Numbered from the stretch's first letter, positions 1 through 10,608 are shown. The stretch is 64,000 nucleotides of DNA from Candidatus Poseidoniales archaeon (GCA_003602605.1 QQRW01000040.1:19283-83282); one strand, 5' to 3'. The notes: a model not told the origin generated them from the sequence alone. Program-made: numbers and translations.

Positions 1-4
1 TCCA

Positions 5-1027
5 TTGCACCGGTGGCTCAACGAAGCGATTTTTCCGACTGAAGCAAAACTCAACCCAGAGTATGTTCGCATCGGAGCACAAGCCGCCGCTGCAGAAATG
101 ATCCGAACTGGCTCTTCATTCGCCGCAGACATGTATTTTTATCCCGCAGTGACTGGAAAGGTCCTCGATGATGCAGGGCTTCGCGGGTTGATTGGAGGCC
201 CTGTAAGTGATGCTGCTCTACCCTCGCATCCTGATGCTGCATCCGCCCTCGAAGAAATGGACAGCATACTCAAAACCCAAAAACAAGAAGATAAGATCCA
301 GTACGCTATAGCAACCCATTCAGTTTACCTGTGCAGTGAAGAAACATTGCGTAGAGCCTCAGAATTAGCAGAGAAGCGCGATGCTAGGTTGCATATTCAT
401 GTCAGTGAAACCCGAAAAGAAATCGCTGATTGTCATGAGAAAACCGGTCTTTATCCGGTTGAATACCTCAACAGTTTGGACTTTTTCAAACCCGGAACTG
501 TCTGTGCTCACGCTTCGTGGGTGAAGAAAAATGAAATCCGAATGCTCGCAGAACATGAAGTTACAGCAGTGCATTGTCCATCATCAAACATGAAAATCGC
601 ATGCGGGGGTACAATGTCATACCCAGCATACAAGGAAGCAGGCGTGGATGTACGTATCGGAACCGATGGCGCAGCATCTTCTGGAAGTGGACTGGATATG
701 CTTGCAGAAGCTCGTCTTGCAGCCCTAGTGCAACGTCACGACCACTGGGATGCTACATTGTTACCTGCCAGTGAAGTATTTTCCATGGCGACAAAAGGGA
801 GCTCGGATTGGGCTGTTTGGAACCTTGATGATATTCGAATGAGACCTGCGGGTCGCAGCGGAAACCGTCACCTCGCAAACCTCGTGTTCAATGGCGCTGA
901 ATGTCTCGACCTTTGGGTCGACGGAAAAGGCGTCCGCCTCGGTGGTAAAACACAAACATTGGATGAAAATTTTGCTTGGAATGAACTGGACCAAGCTGTT
1001 CACTCGTACTATGAAGGCGTTGAATGA
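5..1027 (+). CDS. Amidohydrolase, MTA/SAH deaminase (Trz/Atz) family; 5'-truncated by window edge
   Basis: WLxxxIFPxE, EMIRTG..FADMYF, HSVYLC, HIHVSET, HCPSSNMK and GTDGAAS motifs; the N-terminal HxH lies outside the window. Confidence 0.85.
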   Translation: MHRWLNEAIFPTEAKLNPEYVRIGAQAAAAEMIRTGSSFAADMYFYPAVTGKVLDDAGLRGLIGGPVSDAALPSHPDAASALEEMDSILKTQKQEDKIQYAIATHSVYLCSEETLRRASELAEKRDARLHIHVSETRKEIADCHEKTGLYPVEYLNSLDFFKPGTVCAHASWVKKNEIRMLAEHEVTAVHCPSSNMKIACGGTMSYPAYKEAGVDVRIGTDGAASSGSGLDMLAEARLAALVQRHDHWDATLLPASEVFSMATKGSSDWAVWNLDDIRMRPAGRSGNRHLANLVFNGAECLDLWVDGKGVRLGGKTQTLDENFAWNELDQAVHSYYEGVE

Positions 1028-1576
1028 TTACTTCATTCGTATGATGCCCAAGCCGCCAATTCCAGCTAGGAAACTAAACAGATAGGTTGCCGCGCCTGCT
1101 GATAATTTCACCTCGTAGTCAAGAGAAAGGTCTGTACCTGCTGGAAGCGTTCCTGATTTTGTACCGATTCCTGCATAATATTCGCCTTCAGTGACTCGCC
1201 ATTCTAATCCATCGTTACCGTTGATGGCTGTTGCTTCATACCCCGTATCTCCGTACTGGCATGTTTGGCTGTCTGATGTCGATTCAAGGAATCCTCCTCC
1301 ACTTGCGCGAATTCCATCGCATTGTGACTTCTTACTTTCATCGGCTATAACCAAAAAAATGTCTTCACGGTCCCATTTCACGGTTGTATCTGCGGTAATG
1401 AAAAGGCCAGCTGGATTTCCAGGTAATGCTTCATCGGAGAAGAATACGTAACCTTCAATGTTTGGCGTAGGGACATCATCAATTTGTCCTTCAACAGTGT
1501 AGCCAATTGTTCCACCTGCGATGAGGATGATAGCCAGTGCAGATAGCGCATAGCCAATTAATTTCTTCAAGCCCAT
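1028..1576 (-). CDS. Hypothetical membrane-anchored protein
   Basis: 182-aa ORF with N- and C-terminal hydrophobic helices; 9 bp downstream of the CAX gene on the same strand. Confidence 0.7.
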   Translation of the reverse strand: MGLKKLIGYALSALAIILIAGGTIGYTVEGQIDDVPTPNIEGYVFFSDEALPGNPAGLFITADTTVKWDREDIFLVIADESKKSQCDGIRASGGGFLESTSDSQTCQYGDTGYEATAINGNDGLEWRVTEGEYYAGIGTKSGTLPAGTDLSLDYEVKLSAGAATYLFSFLAGIGGLGIIRMK

Positions 1577-1585
1577 ACCATCAAC

Positions 1586-2746
1586 TCACATTTGGAAAAA
1601 CGCCAGAGCAAGTATCACATAACAAGCCAGCAGCATAGTACCTTCAAGCCAATTCGATCTGCCATCGCTCATGATCGAATTAGCTACAAGAACTGAAATA
1701 AACGTCGCTGCGGTTTCAAGTAAACCAAATTCAAGAGTAAGGTTGACGCCCAAAAACCAGGCAAACAAAACCATGATTGGAGCGACAAAGAGAGCAATTT
1801 GGACACTGCTACCAATAGCAATTGCAATCGAAAGGTCCATCTTATCCTTGCCTGCAACCAACACAGCAGTGAAGTGCTCAGCAGCATTGCCGAAGAAGGG
1901 TAGCAATATGACGCCGATGAAAAGTTCAGGCAAATGCCACTTCTCAACTGCCACTTCAAGGCTGTGTACCAATATGTGCGCCATCCAACCGACCAGTATG
2001 GTCGAAAGAATGAGTAAAACCCACGCGTCTTTGATACTCATTGCGGGGTCTTCATGCGAACCATGACCTGCCTCAGTAGCGAAAACATCGACGTGCGTTT
2101 TGAGTTGGAAAAAGAGGGCTAGGCCGTAAATGGCAAGGAGGACGACCGCTGTGTAATGTGAGAGTTGTGCGACATCACCAAGTGAGGCTCCTGAATGGTG
2201 AACGGCACTCGGTATGATAAGGGCTACAATTGCCAACAAAAGCAGCGATCCATTCATTTGTCCTGCGTCTTGACTGAACAACTGAATTTTGTGATTTATC
2301 CCGCCCCAAACCATGGCAAGGCCCAGTACCAGCAGGAGGTTTCCGAGAATCGAGCCAATCAATGAGGCTTGAGTAACCGTAATCATCGTTTCAGCAATAG
2401 CTTCATTCTTTGAAGCAGTGTAAAGGGCAAGACCTGCAATAATCATCTCAACAGCGTTGCCAAAGGTAGCATTAAGCAATCCACCTACAGCCTCACCGGT
2501 TCTCAAAGCAATTTCTTCTGTTGCCTTACCCATAAGAAAAGCAAGCGGCATTATAGCGACCATCGAGAAAAGAAACGCAAGGCCGCCTTGATGTGTAAAA
2601 TTCGCGTACAAAGCTACAGGAATCGCAAGTAGAAGAAAGTTCAACTTGTTCTTTCGTGGGTCGAACGAAGCGAATAAATGCTCCATTGCTTCCTCTGCCT
2701 CATCGACTAAAATGTCTCCAGCATCTACTGTTTTCGGTTCCGACAT
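1586..2746 (-). CDS. cax: Ca2+/H+ antiporter (CAX, CaCA superfamily)
   Basis: alpha-1 [24 protein letters not shown], alpha-2 [17 protein letters not shown] and SNWLEG motifs; about 11 TM segments. Confidence 0.93.
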   Translation of the reverse strand: MSEPKTVDAGDILVDEAEEAMEHLFASFDPRKNKLNFLLLAIPVALYANFTHQGGLAFLFSMVAIMPLAFLMGKATEEIALRTGEAVGGLLNATFGNAVEMIIAGLALYTASKNEAIAETMITVTQASLIGSILGNLLLVLGLAMVWGGINHKIQLFSQDAGQMNGSLLLLAIVALIIPSAVHHSGASLGDVAQLSHYTAVVLLAIYGLALFFQLKTHVDVFATEAGHGSHEDPAMSIKDAWVLLILSTILVGWMAHILVHSLEVAVEKWHLPELFIGVILLPFFGNAAEHFTAVLVAGKDKMDLSIAIAIGSSVQIALFVAPIMVLFAWFLGVNLTLEFGLLETAATFISVLVANSIMSDGRSNWLEGTMLLACYVILALAFFQM

Positions 2747-2794
2747 ATCTGCTTCGAAGAAGCATCAGCCCTTGACTTCACCGCTTGATTTGAT

Positions 2795-5700
2795 TCAGTC
2801 TTCGCTCTTTTTGCGACCTACTGTTCTGCGCTTAGGAGCCTTACGAGGTGCAGCTCGACGACCAACTACTCGCTTCTTAGAGACCGGCTTTTCCTCAACC
2901 TCTTCATCATCATCGTCATCGTCGTATTCGCTCCAATCGATACCGTCATCATCGTCGTCCTCGTCATCAACGACCTCAGGAACGTCCTTCTTACGACGTG
3001 TTTTACGGGTGATAACATTCACCGCAAATGGGTCTTCTTCTTCTTGTTCTGCTTCAGGTTCAGTCTCAGGTTCAGCTGACTTTTCATCTGTTTTTACGCT
3101 TGTATCCGTGACTGCACCCATGTCCAAATCTTGCGAAGTTCCGATAAACTCAGACATCCAGTCTTCATCTTCTTCTTCGTCCGCGCCTGCCTTCTTCTTC
3201 TTAGGGCCACTCATACTGGTACTGATGACCATAAACATGATAATCAGTGAAAACACAAAGATTCCAGAGAGTATCCAGACCAAAATATACGGCGGGTCGG
3301 TCATGGACGGTTCAACGATAACAGGTTCTGGCTCAGGCTTGAGTGACTCGACATAGTTACAAGAGGTCGTTCCGTCAATCCTGTTACGACATTCATCGAC
3401 AACAAAAATGACACTTGTTGACCTCTCATTGCCTGCAGAGTCAACTGCCCGAACAAACACAGCGTGTTGTCCCGGTAGGAAATTTCCTGCTGAAAACTCT
3501 AAATCCAAAACCAAAGAACTGTTATCCCCGTCAAGGTTGGTGACTTCGGTGGCTTCAGTCCAAGGTGTATTGATTGACTGACCCGTTCCGTAATTGTAAG
3601 TAAACTTGTATTGGAACGAATCAATTCGCACATCATCCTCTGCGCCAGCAAGAACTTGAATCATGTTACCATACAGATACTTTGATTCACTGTCAGAGAA
3701 CGAAGACGGCGAATAAATTACGACTTGTGGGGCGACTGCATCAACGGCTCGGTCCGTCCATTGTTGTGTAGCTTGGTTGTTCGCAAGATCTTCCATTTGA
3801 ACTTCAAAAACCATATCGCCGGCAATGGTGGCGGAGGTGATAAAGAAGTCGAGTTGGTAGACTGGTCCTCGGTCTGGGTTACCTGCGTTTTCTTGAATAA
3901 GCGTCATCTCACGATCGCCTCCAGAAAGGTCACCGCCACCAAGAGTGGTGATGTTGATCATCGGGCTTACATCAAGAGGCTCATCGAATTCAATTTGCAC
4001 CTTGTAGTCGCCTGCAATAAGTGAAGGACTGGTGAAAGCCTCATTGTCTTCATTAATCAAAACCATAGAGGCTTGAGGTGCTTTGGTATCTTCTGTCACT
4101 TTGATGGCGTTAGAATTGAGCCCTGAGTAGGTCTCGGGATCTGTGTTGCCCCATTTGTCAGCAACCATAACGGCGTACCAAACATCTCGATCGACGTCAT
4201 TTGGAATATCGATTTGTCTGAAAAAAGTGTTCTCCTCGGATGCCCCGGCTTGTATGTTATCAATGACGAGTTCCCATCCGTCATCAGTTACGGAACTTAT
4301 CTCGCTCTCATCTTCTCCAAACGGTTCACCATAGTGGCGCCAGACCTGATATACTTCATCGGTTTCATCGCTGTTGAACCATTCAAGGGTAACCTTGTTT
4401 AGGTAACCAATAGACTGCACTTCTTTCATACTCACGCGAAGCGGAGGTGTTGTGTCCTCCTCGTTTCCTTCAGCAATTTGGAAGTAGTTTTGGTTCAGTC
4501 TCTTATCCATGTAGGTTCCCGAAAGGTGTCCGTAAAGAGCCTCAGTCGTCACGAAATAATACGGGCGAGACACGAGAAGGCCATCTGAAAGTTCGACGTC
4601 GAAATACCCAACTCCGTCACTTACGGAACCAAGCCATTGGAGCGAGCCGTTGAATGTCGCCCATTCTCCGCCGGTAACCTTCCATCCTGCTTTGTAAATG
4701 TGGTATTGCTCACCTTCAACGCCCAATTGGTCGGTCCATGAGACTCTAGTGGTCTTGTTACCGATGAATTCAGCATAGACATTGGTGGGTTCAGCGATCC
4801 ATGGACTAAATGCATCTTCAACGACTGCATCGGAGCAGGAGTTGAAACTCACATTGGTATCCATAACACCGTACATGTCGACGGTTGCTACGCAATAATA
4901 CGCATTTCCGAGTCGACCTGTAGGCACTTCGTAATCGAACGATTCTACCCCTTCTGAAATTGTCCCAAGCAGTTGTACATCTGAGCGAAGAACGCTCGAG
5001 AACGCCGTACCTGACATGTAAATGCGGTATGATTCTCCTACCTCTCCTGCAACGTCGGTCCAAACAACCGTAGTCGTTCCACCGCCGTCGGTTGGCTCGG
5101 GATTGAACTGAGCATACATCGAACTGACTTGCTCTGGAGGAAGGTTGTCTTCCATAATCGGAGAGGTCATGGCGTTGCTCGAAAGGAAGCGCACATCTTG
5201 GTAATCTTGACCTGGTGCAGTCCAATTCGGCAAATTATAGGTGACCGAGTAATACGCTTCTCTGTCCGTGTTTTGCGGTACATCGATAACAATCGAGGAG
5301 GTACCTGCGGGAAGAGTTGCAATTGGTGTTTCTGTTGCAAGCATATTCGCACCGTTGGAACGAGTCACGGGATACGATGTACGATACAGTAGAATCTGGT
5401 AGGCATCATCGCCTGTATCGGGAAGAATTGGGAAGATCTCGTTGTAATTAATCCATTGAATGGTCGATTGGCTCAAGTCCGGGTCGAACGATCCAAAGAT
5501 GTTGTATGGCGTGCGAATCGGAGTCGTCTGTTCAAGAATGGGCGTTTCAATAAGAGAGGCGTTTTCATCTAAATCAGTGAGTTCTGTTCCATCTCCAAGG
5601 GTTGTCGTAACTGCATAATAGAACGATTCATTGACACCGGGTGAAACAAGGTAAGAGACAGAGTGCTGAGCGACGGTGCCATTAATTCCACGGCATTTGA

Positions 5701-6052
5701 AAGCGTCGTTTTGAACCTCTGCAGAAGAACATGCTACAATTCCTGTTTCAAACGGAGTAAGGCTGCCGATTGAAGATTGGTCGATGACATCACTTGAGCG
5801 GTAAACATTGTACGTAGCAGTGAAAAGTCCCTGCAAAACGGAACCATCAATGTCAATATTGCGCCAAGTGACCGTAGTGGTTTCTGAGGCAGGGTCAAAC
5901 ACTGCACTGATGTCTTGAGCTTGTAGATTGCTCGGATTTCCGATATCTTCCGCTGAAACATTGCTCATTGGCAGCAAAGCAAGAAGCATGCACATCACAA
6001 GGAAAATCGCTTTTCTCTTGCCTTCTTTACCGAGCAGATTGACTGTCATCAT
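2795..6052 (-). CDS. Large cell-surface protein (1085 aa) with repeated FN3/Ig-like modules, C-terminal TM anchor and acidic-then-basic cytoplasmic tail
   Basis: Signal peptide (..NVSA-EDI); repeats of T-x-V-x-W...Y-x-V/I-Y-R...YY-x-V-x-T; TM YILVWILSGIFVFSLIIMFMVI; D/E tract then RRVVGRRAAPRKAPKRR. Confidence 0.8.
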   Translation of the reverse strand: MMTVNLLGKEGKRKAIFLVMCMLLALLPMSNVSAEDIGNPSNLQAQDISAVFDPASETTTVTWRNIDIDGSVLQGLFTATYNVYRSSDVIDQSSIGSLTPFETGIVACSSAEVQNDAFKCRGINGTVAQHSVSYLVSPGVNESFYYAVTTTLGDGTELTDLDENASLIETPILEQTTPIRTPYNIFGSFDPDLSQSTIQWINYNEIFPILPDTGDDAYQILLYRTSYPVTRSNGANMLATETPIATLPAGTSSIVIDVPQNTDREAYYSVTYNLPNWTAPGQDYQDVRFLSSNAMTSPIMEDNLPPEQVSSMYAQFNPEPTDGGGTTTVVWTDVAGEVGESYRIYMSGTAFSSVLRSDVQLLGTISEGVESFDYEVPTGRLGNAYYCVATVDMYGVMDTNVSFNSCSDAVVEDAFSPWIAEPTNVYAEFIGNKTTRVSWTDQLGVEGEQYHIYKAGWKVTGGEWATFNGSLQWLGSVSDGVGYFDVELSDGLLVSRPYYFVTTEALYGHLSGTYMDKRLNQNYFQIAEGNEEDTTPPLRVSMKEVQSIGYLNKVTLEWFNSDETDEVYQVWRHYGEPFGEDESEISSVTDDGWELVIDNIQAGASEENTFFRQIDIPNDVDRDVWYAVMVADKWGNTDPETYSGLNSNAIKVTEDTKAPQASMVLINEDNEAFTSPSLIAGDYKVQIEFDEPLDVSPMINITTLGGGDLSGGDREMTLIQENAGNPDRGPVYQLDFFITSATIAGDMVFEVQMEDLANNQATQQWTDRAVDAVAPQVVIYSPSSFSDSESKYLYGNMIQVLAGAEDDVRIDSFQYKFTYNYGTGQSINTPWTEATEVTNLDGDNSSLVLDLEFSAGNFLPGQHAVFVRAVDSAGNERSTSVIFVVDECRNRIDGTTSCNYVESLKPEPEPVIVEPSMTDPPYILVWILSGIFVFSLIIMFMVISTSMSGPKKKKAGADEEEDEDWMSEFIGTSQDLDMGAVTDTSVKTDEKSAEPETEPEAEQEEEDPFAVNVITRKTRRKKDVPEVVDDEDDDDDGIDWSEYDDDDDDEEVEEKPVSKKRVVGRRAAPRKAPKRRTVGRKKSED

Positions 6053-6118
6053 TCCACTTGTCGCATGCGACGGTTAAGAGCATGTCGCATATTTAACCGG
6101 TAAAAATGACATTCAACA

Positions 6119-6133
6119 CACCCCTACGGGGTG
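6119..6133. promoter_or_regulatory. GC palindrome CACCCC-TAC-GGGGTG (operator or hairpin candidate)
   Basis: 6-bp perfect arms around a 3-nt core, intergenic; the same 13-mer occurs in reverse complement at 43287-43299. Confidence 0.45.
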
Positions 6134-6145
6134 CGAAGTTCTCAG

Positions 6146-6853
6146 TCATTCTTGTTCTGTTGATTGATTTGGTTGTGGCAATGGGTCTTCGGAATCGATT
6201 CGGGTGATTTCCGAATGTGCTTGTCGGAAACGCACAAGGAATGTCCACAGTCCACCGAAAGCTGAAATCAAAACAACAATACTCAGCGGCGTGATTGGAA
6301 TGTGGTCCAGTACCCCTGGCAGCATTCCGAAATCGCCGATACCTGCGTGAATAAAAACAGCGGTTAGGAAAATTCCTAAAATCGTCACAACGGTGCGGTC
6401 TGCTCTGGAGAAACCACGATAATTTCGTGAGCCTGCAACGGCTTGTGCTTGTGTCCCCATGTACGAACCCATAAGAGTCAGCCAAGCTGCTACAAGCCCT
6501 AGTGTGAAATCGCCGACGAAAACGGAACCTGCGATACATAACAGCCAGATGGCGTCAAGAAGTCTGTCAAATGTGTGATCAAGATAGTCTCCCCATCGGC
6601 TAACGTTGCCGAATCTCCGTGCCAAAGGCCCGTCTAAACCGTCCATAGCCATGGCCAGTATCATCAACAAACCGCCACCAAGTAACATGTTTGCGCCATA
6701 CGATGTTTCATCTGCAGTTAACACAGCCAATCCGCCAAGAATGCCAACGGGTAAAGCGACCCAAGTTACCGTGGATGGTTTCACATTCTCAAGCGAATCT
6801 AGAAGTGGGTTTAGGATGCCTTCCCAAGTGTCTCTTAATTTCTCCAATGCCAT
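6146..6853 (-). CDS. CDP-alcohol phosphatidyltransferase (archaetidylglycerol/inositol phosphate synthase-like)
   Basis: Signature DGLDGPLARRFGNVSRWGDYLDHTFDRLLD; start placed at ATG 6853 (MALEKLR) rather than the longest ORF. Confidence 0.9.
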   Translation of the reverse strand: MALEKLRDTWEGILNPLLDSLENVKPSTVTWVALPVGILGGLAVLTADETSYGANMLLGGGLLMILAMAMDGLDGPLARRFGNVSRWGDYLDHTFDRLLDAIWLLCIAGSVFVGDFTLGLVAAWLTLMGSYMGTQAQAVAGSRNYRGFSRADRTVVTILGIFLTAVFIHAGIGDFGMLPGVLDHIPITPLSIVVLISAFGGLWTFLVRFRQAHSEITRIDSEDPLPQPNQSTEQE

Positions 6854-6924
6854 GATGCTCGTACCTGTGGCCGAGGCGGGGGGGTGTTTGTTGTTGCGGT
6901 TCCTTACGCAATAAAATGTGAGTC

Positions 6925-7482
6925 TTACAACCAATTCATTGCTTTCGAGGCAGCTTCAGCAAGGGGGACCGATGGAAGACCTTGGTCAATCCACTGTACA
7001 ATTCTCTCACATAATTCATCGGCAGACAGACCCGTTGTATCGAGTTCCAGCAGAGGTACTTCAATCTCAAATTCGAGAAGTTCAGACCATGTTCCGGAAA
7101 GCATCTCCCATTCCACATTCGCAGTTATTTTTGAAGGTGAATACGAACGCCCCTCAAGTCGTTCACGAAGGACCTCAGGTTGGCATCGCAAAACAACGAT
7201 TGCATCGACATCAAGAAGATGAGAAAGGTGCCCATCGACAAAGGTCAACGCTTTCGATTCAAAATCCCAAACCTCGGAGAGTTTGTGAATGTCCAACGGA
7301 GCTGAACCATCATTTTCGTCGACAGGCCCTAGGCAATCGTTTTGTGCGGCCAATTCTTGAAGTGAAAGTACATTGTAGAGCGAACTTAACGACGCACATA
7401 CCGTCGTTTTTCCCGCACCTGGGGTTCCGGTTACTGCGATGCACAAGTTGTCTTCCACAGTAACGCCCGTGTTCACCAACAC
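6925..7482 (-). CDS. Archaeal/eukaryotic-type adenylate kinase (AK6/Fap7-like)
   Basis: VTGTPGAGKTT P-loop, VDGHLSH, VLRCxPEVLRERLEGRSYSPSKITAN; start uncertain. Confidence 0.85.
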   Translation of the reverse strand: MLVNTGVTVEDNLCIAVTGTPGAGKTTVCASLSSLYNVLSLQELAAQNDCLGPVDENDGSAPLDIHKLSEVWDFESKALTFVDGHLSHLLDVDAIVVLRCQPEVLRERLEGRSYSPSKITANVEWEMLSGTWSELLEFEIEVPLLELDTTGLSADELCERIVQWIDQGLPSVPLAEAASKAMNWL

Positions 7483-7578
7483 ATAAACAAAAAGGCCGAA
7501 AGGTTAGATTTTAGGGGATATTGGTGTGGTTCGAGCGAAGCGAGCAGGGAAAGGCATGATAGGTCATCACCTACAGCA

Positions 7579-8340
7579 ATGAATGTTGCCATGTTTGGAA
7601 TGAACGACCCTGCTCAAACGCTGCTCCAGTTGGAGCGGTATGTGGCTGATGGCCGAATGGAAATGTCAGAAGTGATGGCAATCCAGTTCACGGATATGTT
7701 TCTCTCACAGAAAAACAGGGGCGCAGATGCACAAATTATGCTCGTCAAAGGTTTGCGGATACTTTGCGATGTATTCCTCGCAAGAAACAAAGCGAAGCGC
7801 GGCATATCGACCGTGAAAATTCTTCACCGAGAGCGTAAGAAATTGATTCGGATGCTAGCTAAAAACGCACCTCAACTTTTGGCAAAAATGACATCCGAGG
7901 CTGAAGATTATCGAAGGGCTGGGAAACTGTATGCACTGGCTGGAAAGAAAGGAGCAGCGATGAAAGCTTTTACCCAATGTGAAAAGAAATCACCTGGACA
8001 TGTGGCTGCTGCGCTGGAAGCATGTCAAATGGTTCCTGGCCAAAAGAAACTTGTTCAGCGACTCACCAGCGTTGTTACTGAGTCAGGCCCTGTCGTCATG
8101 TACGAAGGCGTGTTTTACTTACAGCCAATTGATTCTCCGATGGTGCTAACCGATGAAATAATCGCCGCCCTCCATTCAGCAATTGAGAAACAAATCGGCC
8201 CAACAGATGCTTGCAAAAAACAAATTGATCGCATAAATGAAGAGCGCCAGGCTATTGAACGCGGCGAAGCAGCTGCAAACGCTCGGCTGCAAGCCGCAAT
8301 GGATTTACTCAAACCTCAACACGATTACTACGAGTACTGA
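7579..8340 (+). CDS. Hypothetical alpha-helical (TPR-like) protein
   Basis: 253-aa ORF with ATG start; helical pattern AEDYRRAGKLYALAGKKGAAMKAF. Confidence 0.65.
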   Translation: MNVAMFGMNDPAQTLLQLERYVADGRMEMSEVMAIQFTDMFLSQKNRGADAQIMLVKGLRILCDVFLARNKAKRGISTVKILHRERKKLIRMLAKNAPQLLAKMTSEAEDYRRAGKLYALAGKKGAAMKAFTQCEKKSPGHVAAALEACQMVPGQKKLVQRLTSVVTESGPVVMYEGVFYLQPIDSPMVLTDEIIAALHSAIEKQIGPTDACKKQIDRINEERQAIERGEAAANARLQAAMDLLKPQHDYYEY

Positions 8341-8343
8341 GAA

Positions 8344-8421
8344 TGGTAACGAGAGATGGATTTGAACCATCGATCTCCGGGTTATGAGCCCGACGGGATA
8401 TCCAGACTACCCCACCTCGTT
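8344..8421 (-). tRNA. tRNA-Met(CAT), initiator type, with encoded CCA
   Basis: Minus strand AACGAGGTGGGGTAGTCTGGATATCCCGTCGGGCTCATAACCCGGAGATCGATGGTTCAAATCCATCTCTCGTTACCA: A1-U72 pair, three G-C pairs closing the CAU anticodon loop, GTTCAAATC T-loop, no intron. Confidence 0.95.
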
Positions 8422-8562
8422 ATACACAACGCTGAAACCCTCCCATTCTTCAATGCACCGATGCAGTACGATTGAGGATAGCACAGAGGAAAATCATTCC
8501 AAGTGAGCATTTCACACAGAATTAGCACTGCATTGATGAATATGAAGCGCATGAGACTACTT

Positions 8563-9405
8563 ATGCGAGCAGGGCGAACAGTACCGGTTATCTTGTGCTT
8601 ATTGCTCCTGTTGACATCGATTTCAGGCTGTCTGAGTTCTGATGGAGAACCGAAAGAAGCCAGCGCAATCGAACTTATCGTCTATTACGACGCAACTTCC
8701 GGTGTCATTGAAGAAAACGTGCAAAACAACCAACAGGTTACTGAGAGCGGCGTCGAACTCACCTTCGACTTCTCGTACACCAAGTCCTCTGCAGGCGCCA
8801 TGGTTACCTATTATTTCCTTCCAGGAGACGGTTCAAGTGCTGTTGAAAATAACGCTGCTGAAGATGGCGAAATCACCTACACATACCTCACGCACGGCCT
8901 CTTCGATGCAGCTATGGGCGGTGTCGACGACCAAGGTAACGATTACTTTGAGAACATCACCATCCGAATCGACAAACAAATCACTTGGGGCGACAGCAAC
9001 ACTGCAGACCCTGACGTTATGAATATCGAAACAACTCCGGACTGCAATTGCCCGGCACCGGAAAAAATCGTCGTCGAATCAACAGTTGTGAATATTGAAA
9101 ATCAACCCGCAACCCCAATCAATCAGGGTCAAACCGTCACAGTAACATGGAGAATGTTGAATTCAACCGATGCAACAACCGTCGAATCTGCACCGGAGCA
9201 AGTCGGAGACGGACAAGATGCTTCATGGATGCACAACCAGTACTTCGTCGAACCGGGGACATGGAAACTTGAGGTCGATGTGAGTGCAGAAGGAAACGGG
9301 GAGGAACGGGTCAATGTCGACCATACAGTGCAAATCCTCTACGATGCTCAAGAAAGCGTCCCTAATCCAATGGGCGATTCTGAGGTTGACGAAGAAACAG
9401 AATAG
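8563..9405 (+). CDS. Lipoprotein with PKD-like domain
   Basis: Hydrophobic leader ending in lipobox ISGC; FDFSYT..YYFLPGDG..YTYLTHGLF PKD-like pattern; start placed at ATG 8563. Confidence 0.7.
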   Translation: MRAGRTVPVILCLLLLLTSISGCLSSDGEPKEASAIELIVYYDATSGVIEENVQNNQQVTESGVELTFDFSYTKSSAGAMVTYYFLPGDGSSAVENNAAEDGEITYTYLTHGLFDAAMGGVDDQGNDYFENITIRIDKQITWGDSNTADPDVMNIETTPDCNCPAPEKIVVESTVVNIENQPATPINQGQTVTVTWRMLNSTDATTVESAPEQVGDGQDASWMHNQYFVEPGTWKLEVDVSAEGNGEERVNVDHTVQILYDAQESVPNPMGDSEVDEETE

Positions 9406-9406
9406 A

Positions 9407-9433
9407 TTCACTTTCCGTTTTTGAAAAAGTGAA
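9407..9433 (+). terminator. Possible terminator (inverted repeat with T-tract)
   Basis: TTCACTTT...AAAGTGAA inverted repeat enclosing GTTTTT, right after the stop at 9405. Confidence 0.35.
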
Positions 9434-9570
9434 GTTAAACTGAAAAAATAAGTCGTAGTATTGCGATTAAACCGTCGCATAATGGTTTGGAAAGCGTCTT
9501 TCCCATACGCACCCTGTTTCAGCCTTTCATATACCGTTGACAGACCAGCAGGGGTTGGAAGTGAACAAGA

Positions 9571-10608
9571 ATGGCAACCAAATCGAAGAAAAAAGCGAAA
9601 ACTGAACTTGAAAACAATGAAAGCCCTGCGGACAAAGCACCGGTAATGATGCCGACTGAAGAGGAAGTGCCTGAGCCACTTATCGAAGACCTTCCTGGCG
9701 TAGGGCCAGCAACCGCAGAAAAACTCCGAGAAGCCGGTTTTGATGACCTCCTCGCACTCGCAGTCATGTCACCCGGTGACCTTGCAGACCAAGCTGAACT
9801 TGGTGAAGCGGTTGCTACCAAAATTATCGGTGGCGCAAAGAAAATGGCAAACATTGGCGGATTCGTCTCAGGTGGCGCACTGCTCGAAAGACGACGTGAA
9901 GTCCTCAAACTAACCTCCAAAGTGGAATCCATTGACGACCTTTTAGGTGGCGGATTTGAAACTCAAGCATTGGTCGAGGTCTACGGTGCATTCGGCAGCG
10001 GTAAGACACAAATTGGCCACCAATTGGCTGTCAACTGCACTCTGCCGCTCGAAGAGGGTGGATTCGATGGCGATGTATTCTACATCGATACAGAAGATAC
10101 ATTCAGACCAGAGCGAATCACTCAAATGGCTCGCGGTCACGGACTTGACCCCGAGCAAGTATTGAGCAGAATCCACGTTGCTCGAGCATACAACTCAGCC
10201 CACCAAATGCTTCTGGTTGACGAAATTAAGAGAATGAGCAAGGGCCTCAATGTCAAGATGATCATTGTCGATTCACTCACCAGCCACTTCCGAGCAGAAT
10301 TCATCGGCAGAGGAATGTTGGCAAACCGCCAACAAAAACTCAACCGCCACTTGAAAGATTTGAAGCAACTTGCTGATGTGAACAACGCTCTGGTACTCGT
10401 CACCAACCAAGTTCACTCCAAGCCAGATGCAATGTGGGGCGACCCAACCAAACCTGTTGGCGGCCACGTGCTTGCCCACGCTTCGACCTTCCGCCTCTAC
10501 CTGCGCAAAGCAAAGGGTGGCCGACGAATCGCTCGACTGGTCGACTCACCGAACTTGCCAGATGGCGAGTGCGTCTACCAAGTGACACAAGAAGGTCTTC
10601 GTGACTGA
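9571..10608 (+). CDS. radA: DNA repair and recombination protein RadA
   Basis: N-terminal Hh[20 protein letters not shown], Walker [43 protein letters not shown]; no intein. Confidence 0.97.
   Translation: MATKSKKKAKTELENNESPADKAPVMMPTEEEVPEPLIEDLPGVGPATAEKLREAGFDDLLALAVMSPGDLADQAELGEAVATKIIGGAKKMANIGGFVSGGALLERRREVLKLTSKVESIDDLLGGGFETQALVEVYGAFGSGKTQIGHQLAVNCTLPLEEGGFDGDVFYIDTEDTFRPERITQMARGHGLDPEQVLSRIHVARAYNSAHQMLLVDEIKRMSKGLNVKMIIVDSLTSHFRAEFIGRGMLANRQQKLNRHLKDLKQLADVNNALVLVTNQVHSKPDAMWGDPTKPVGGHVLAHASTFRLYLRKAKGGRRIARLVDSPNLPDGECVYQVTQEGLRD

Noticed and set aside
2895..2975. TCA/TCG trinucleotide tandem repeat
   Set aside because: Encodes the poly-Asp/Glu tract; not a CRISPR array or independent repeat
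2646..3356. 236-aa Ser-rich + strand ORF
   Set aside because: Antisense shadow of the D/E-rich tail of the 1085-aa gene; poly-Ser arises from complemented GAT/GAC/GAA codons
8330..8560. tRNA-Met as a possible integration site
   Set aside because: No integrase and no duplicated tRNA 3' end noticed in the window
9519..9932. Antisense ORFs over radA (and similar ones over icd, maeB and pabB)
   Set aside because: Shadow frames of well-conserved genes with no recognisable motifs
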